Positions 61,102 through 64,000 of a DNA stretch of 64,000 nucleotides are shown here, in pieces. Numbering within the stretch: position 1 is the first letter of the stretch; each line of letters opens with the position of its first letter. The notes under the pieces are model-generated. The model ran no database searches. It saw nothing but the letters and a program-made list of their open reading frames with translations, and was not told where the DNA came from. The DNA lies in NCBI GenBank assembly GCA_021796215.1, contig JAJYOK010000006.1, positions 201 to 64,200 of the forward strand, given 5' to 3'. The stretch comes from Bacteroidota bacterium (lineage in GTDB: Bacteria; Bacteroidota; Ignavibacteria; UBA10030; UBA8401). Made by a program: the position numbers and the translations under genes.

Positions 61102-64000
61102 ATGAAAAGGCGTATCTCTTCTTTTGCATATTTCCGGCGTATTGGGTTGGCGTTTTTATTGCTTGGTGCTGCAGGTAATCCTCATCTTTTTTCTCAATCG
61201 CATCCCGTTCCAGGCGGGATAAAATTTAGCCATCTTTCAGTTGAATCTGGTTTATCACAGAACTCTGTTTATGTTGTGTATCAGGATCACGAAGGATTTA
61301 TGTGGTTCGGCACAGCCGACGGTTTGAACCGGTATGACGGTTACTCGTTTACTGTCTTCAAGCATCGTCAATCGGACACCACATCGCTCAGCAACAGCAC
61401 CATTCGTTCCATCTTTGAAGACAGCAAAGGAAATCTGTGGATAGGCACAGACAACGGTTTGAATCTATTTGACCGTTCCGCGGGAACATTTCAGAGATTC
61501 ATTCTGAAGAACGAAGATTCAACAAATGCAATCATAGGTGGAATAGGATGCGTGCACGAAGATAAAGCCGGGACACTTTTTTTCGGAAGCAACAGCCTGG
61601 TTGCATGCAATGTCAGCTCTTCCCCGCAAACCGCGTTACAACACTTTTATGTTTATGAAAATCGTGACACAAGCAGCACGATCATTTCTGCGCTTGGAGA
61701 GATCAACGATATTTTTGAAGATAAGGAGGAGCGGCTGTGGTTAGCGACAAGCAATGGATTATGGAGTGTAGACCGGGAGAAGAAAAATTTTCTTTTCTAC
61801 CCACTGTTCGAAAATACACACCGCCCGTTAAAACTTTCTGTGAATGCCATTGTTGAGTACGAACCCAACACACTATGGCTCGTCACAAATGATAATGAAC
61901 ACAAACTGGTAGAGTTTCATTTTCCATCGCACATAGTGCGTCAACGCAAACTCTCAGCTGGAATGCCGGCGCGGAGTTCCCCGGCTTCTTCTATTAAGAG
62001 CGATAACAATGGCAGCATATGGATTGGAACGTACGGAGAAGGCGTGTTTAAAGTTGTTCAAAAGACGGGAAAGGCAACACAATTTGTTCACGATGCAGGC
62101 AACAGCAATAGCCTTAGTTTTGATCTCATTAAAACCATCTTTATTGATCGGTCCGGAATACTATGGATTGGAACAGACGGCGGCGGCGTCAGCTTTGCCG
62201 ATCCTCATCGAAAACAATTTGTTCATTATGCTCACAATCCGTTTGACGCAAACAGCTTAAGCGGAAATTTTTTGAAAGCGGTTTATGAAGATCGTAAAGG
62301 CCGAATCTGGATTGGAGCAATTCACGGCGGACTGGATTGCCTTGATAGAAAAAGCGGCACGTGGAAACACTATCAACACGACTCCCGCAATCGAAACAGC
62401 ATCTCAAACGACAACGTGTTTTCCATCGTTGAAGACGATGCGGGCAGACTTTGGCTTGCAGAAGGAAATGGCATTGATAAATTCGATCCGGAGACAGAAC
62501 AATTCACACATTTCGCTTTGCCCCATTATCAGCACGCGACAAATTTTGACGATGTGCATGCACTCGCTTTTGATGGAGAAAAAAATCTGTGGATTTCTGC
62601 AACAAATGGTGTTTTTATAAAACATATTGGAACGGATCGCATCGCACACATTCCAAACCTGCCGGACGATTTGTGGACACTTCATTATTCGAGCGCCGGC
62701 ATAATGTGGGGCGGCAGCGCCGGCGGTGGACTTGTAAAGATTGATCCGCGTACATTTTCTGCGGTCAGATACCAGCCGAATTTTTCTTCACCTAATGCCT
62801 TGAGCAACGGAAATGTGCGAAGCATCTGGGAAGATTCAAGCGGGGCGTTGTGGCTCGGCACCGAAGAAGGCCTGAATTGTTTCAATCCGCGGCAGGAAAC
62901 CTTCACACACTATACAGAAAAAGACGGACTTATCAACGATTTCATTTATGGAATTCTGGGAGACGAGCACGGCAATCTTTGGATTAGCACAAACGGCGGC
63001 ATGTCCCGCTTCACGCCGCATGGCGCCACGGCGGGAAAACAATTCTGGAATTTTGATGTGAACGACGGATTGCAAGCGAACGAATTCAACACCGGCGCTT
63101 ATTGTAAAGGAAGCAACGGCGAAATGTTTTTCGGAGGTGTCAACGGGCTGACAACATTCTTTCCAGATTCAATTCGTCGTAATTCATACGTTCCACCCGT
63201 TGTTATCACAGAGATGAAGACGACAAGAGGAAATGTATTTCGCGAAGGGACTCTCGCAGCAAAAGGCGCCGTGATTTTAAACTATGATAATAATGATTTT
63301 ACGATTTCCTTTGTGGCGTTGAACTATACTCAGCCGGAGAAAAATCGTTATGCATATATGTTGGAAGGATTTGAAAAATTTTGGGTGAATGCAGGTACGG
63401 GCCGCGAGGCGCAGTTCACAAATATTGATCCGGGCGAGTACATATTTCGGGTAAAGGCATCGAACAATGATGGTGTGTGGAATAATACCGGCGCATCACT
63501 TCGGATTTACATAGTTCCGCCGTACTGGGCGACGTGGTGGTTTCGGCTTCTTGTGCTAATAGCAGCGATTGGTACGGTCGGCGGTGTGGTTCGGTACGTA
63601 ACTCTGCGGCGCGTCGAAAGAAAAATTCAGGAACTTCAGCATCAACAAGCGCTGGAATATGAACGTGCGCGCATTTCGCAGGACATGCACGACGAAGTCG
63701 GATCGAGCTTGACGCAGATTGCAATTTTGAGCGAGCTTGTGAAGCGCGATCTTCACCCTGCCGGCAATACTGAAAACGGTGCGAAAGGCGAAGCAGAGAA
63801 ACAGATCGAAAAAATATCTGAAACCGCCCGCAGCGTTGTTGACAGCATGAGTCAAATCATTTGGGCAATAGATCCAAAGAACGACAAGCTCGAAAATCTT
63901 ACTGCATACCTGCATGAATATTTAGCAGAATATTTTGAAATGGCCGGCCTCTCTGCACAGTTTAAACTCGGCGAGGCGATGCCGGCGCTTAAGCTTACTG
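61102..64000 (+). CDS. Sensor histidine kinase with periplasmic beta-propeller repeats, YYY domain and HisKA_3 (runs off the window)
   Basis: Absent from the ORF track (no stop in the window). From ATG 61102: GLSQNSV...QDHEGFMWFGTADGLNRYDG, many (ED)xxGxLWxGT repeats, YAYMLEG...PGEYIFRVKASNNDGVW, PPYWATWWF TM, ERARISQDMHDEVGSSL. Confidence 0.92.
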   Translation, partial: MKRRISSFAYFRRIGLAFLLLGAAGNPHLFSQSHPVPGGIKFSHLSVESGLSQNSVYVVYQDHEGFMWFGTADGLNRYDGYSFTVFKHRQSDTTSLSNSTIRSIFEDSKGNLWIGTDNGLNLFDRSAGTFQRFILKNEDSTNAIIGGIGCVHEDKAGTLFFGSNSLVACNVSSSPQTALQHFYVYENRDTSSTIISALGEINDIFEDKEERLWLATSNGLWSVDREKKNFLFYPLFENTHRPLKLSVNAIVEYEPNTLWLVTNDNEHKLVEFHFPSHIVRQRKLSAGMPARSSPASSIKSDNNGSIWIGTYGEGVFKVVQKTGKATQFVHDAGNSNSLSFDLIKTIFIDRSGILWIGTDGGGVSFADPHRKQFVHYAHNPFDANSLSGNFLKAVYEDRKGRIWIGAIHGGLDCLDRKSGTWKHYQHDSRNRNSISNDNVFSIVEDDAGRLWLAEGNGIDKFDPETEQFTHFALPHYQHATNFDDVHALAFDGEKNLWISATNGVFIKHIGTDRIAHIPNLPDDLWTLHYSSAGIMWGGSAGGGLVKIDPRTFSAVRYQPNFSSPNALSNGNVRSIWEDSSGALWLGTEEGLNCFNPRQETFTHYTEKDGLINDFIYGILGDEHGNLWISTNGGMSRFTPHGATAGKQFWNFDVNDGLQANEFNTGAYCKGSNGEMFFGGVNGLTTFFPDSIRRNSYVPPVVITEMKTTRGNVFREGTLAAKGAVILNYDNNDFTISFVALNYTQPEKNRYAYMLEGFEKFWVNAGTGREAQFTNIDPGEYIFRVKASNNDGVWNNTGASLRIYIVPPYWATWWFRLLVLIAAIGTVGGVVRYVTLRRVERKIQELQHQQALEYERARISQDMHDEVGSSLTQIAILSELVKRDLHPAGNTENGAKGEAEKQIEKISETARSVVDSMSQIIWAIDPKNDKLENLTAYLHEYLAEYFEMAGLSAQFKLGEAMPALKLT

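Overview
Chromosomal origin region of a Gram-negative bacterium of the Bacteroidota/Chlorobi supergroup, most likely Ignavibacteria-like. The lineage is inferred from a T9SS-type C-terminal sorting domain, a beta-propeller/YYY sensor kinase, and canonical TTGACA/TATAAT promoters with Shine-Dalgarno sites. The right third holds the conserved gyrA-gyrB-DUF721-recF-dnaN-dnaA / rpmH-rnpA-yidD-yidC cluster. It has a bipartite oriC, including a Bacillus-like basal unwinding module next to dnaN, and an unexpected GT2 glycosyltransferase gene between gyrB and gyrA. The left two thirds hold envelope, transport and housekeeping genes: two MacAB-like ABC exporter cassettes, an RND-MFP-TolC pump, a GH144-like glucanase, a Y-family polymerase, a VPS10/BNR protein, MoxR-S8-vWA, uppP-dedA-DUF4032, ctpA, hutG and mlaEFD. 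I saw no CRISPR array, prophage, transposase, rRNA or tRNA. The most unusual signal is a ~30-bp double-hairpin repeat, (TC[A/C]GCC-N3-GGC[T/G]GA)x2, with compensatory stem changes. It occurs intergenically, in-frame inside proteins, and once supplies a stop codon. Other REP-like palindromes and 7-bp-periodic intergenic tracts are also present. Product calls rest on recognised motifs only; no database search was run.
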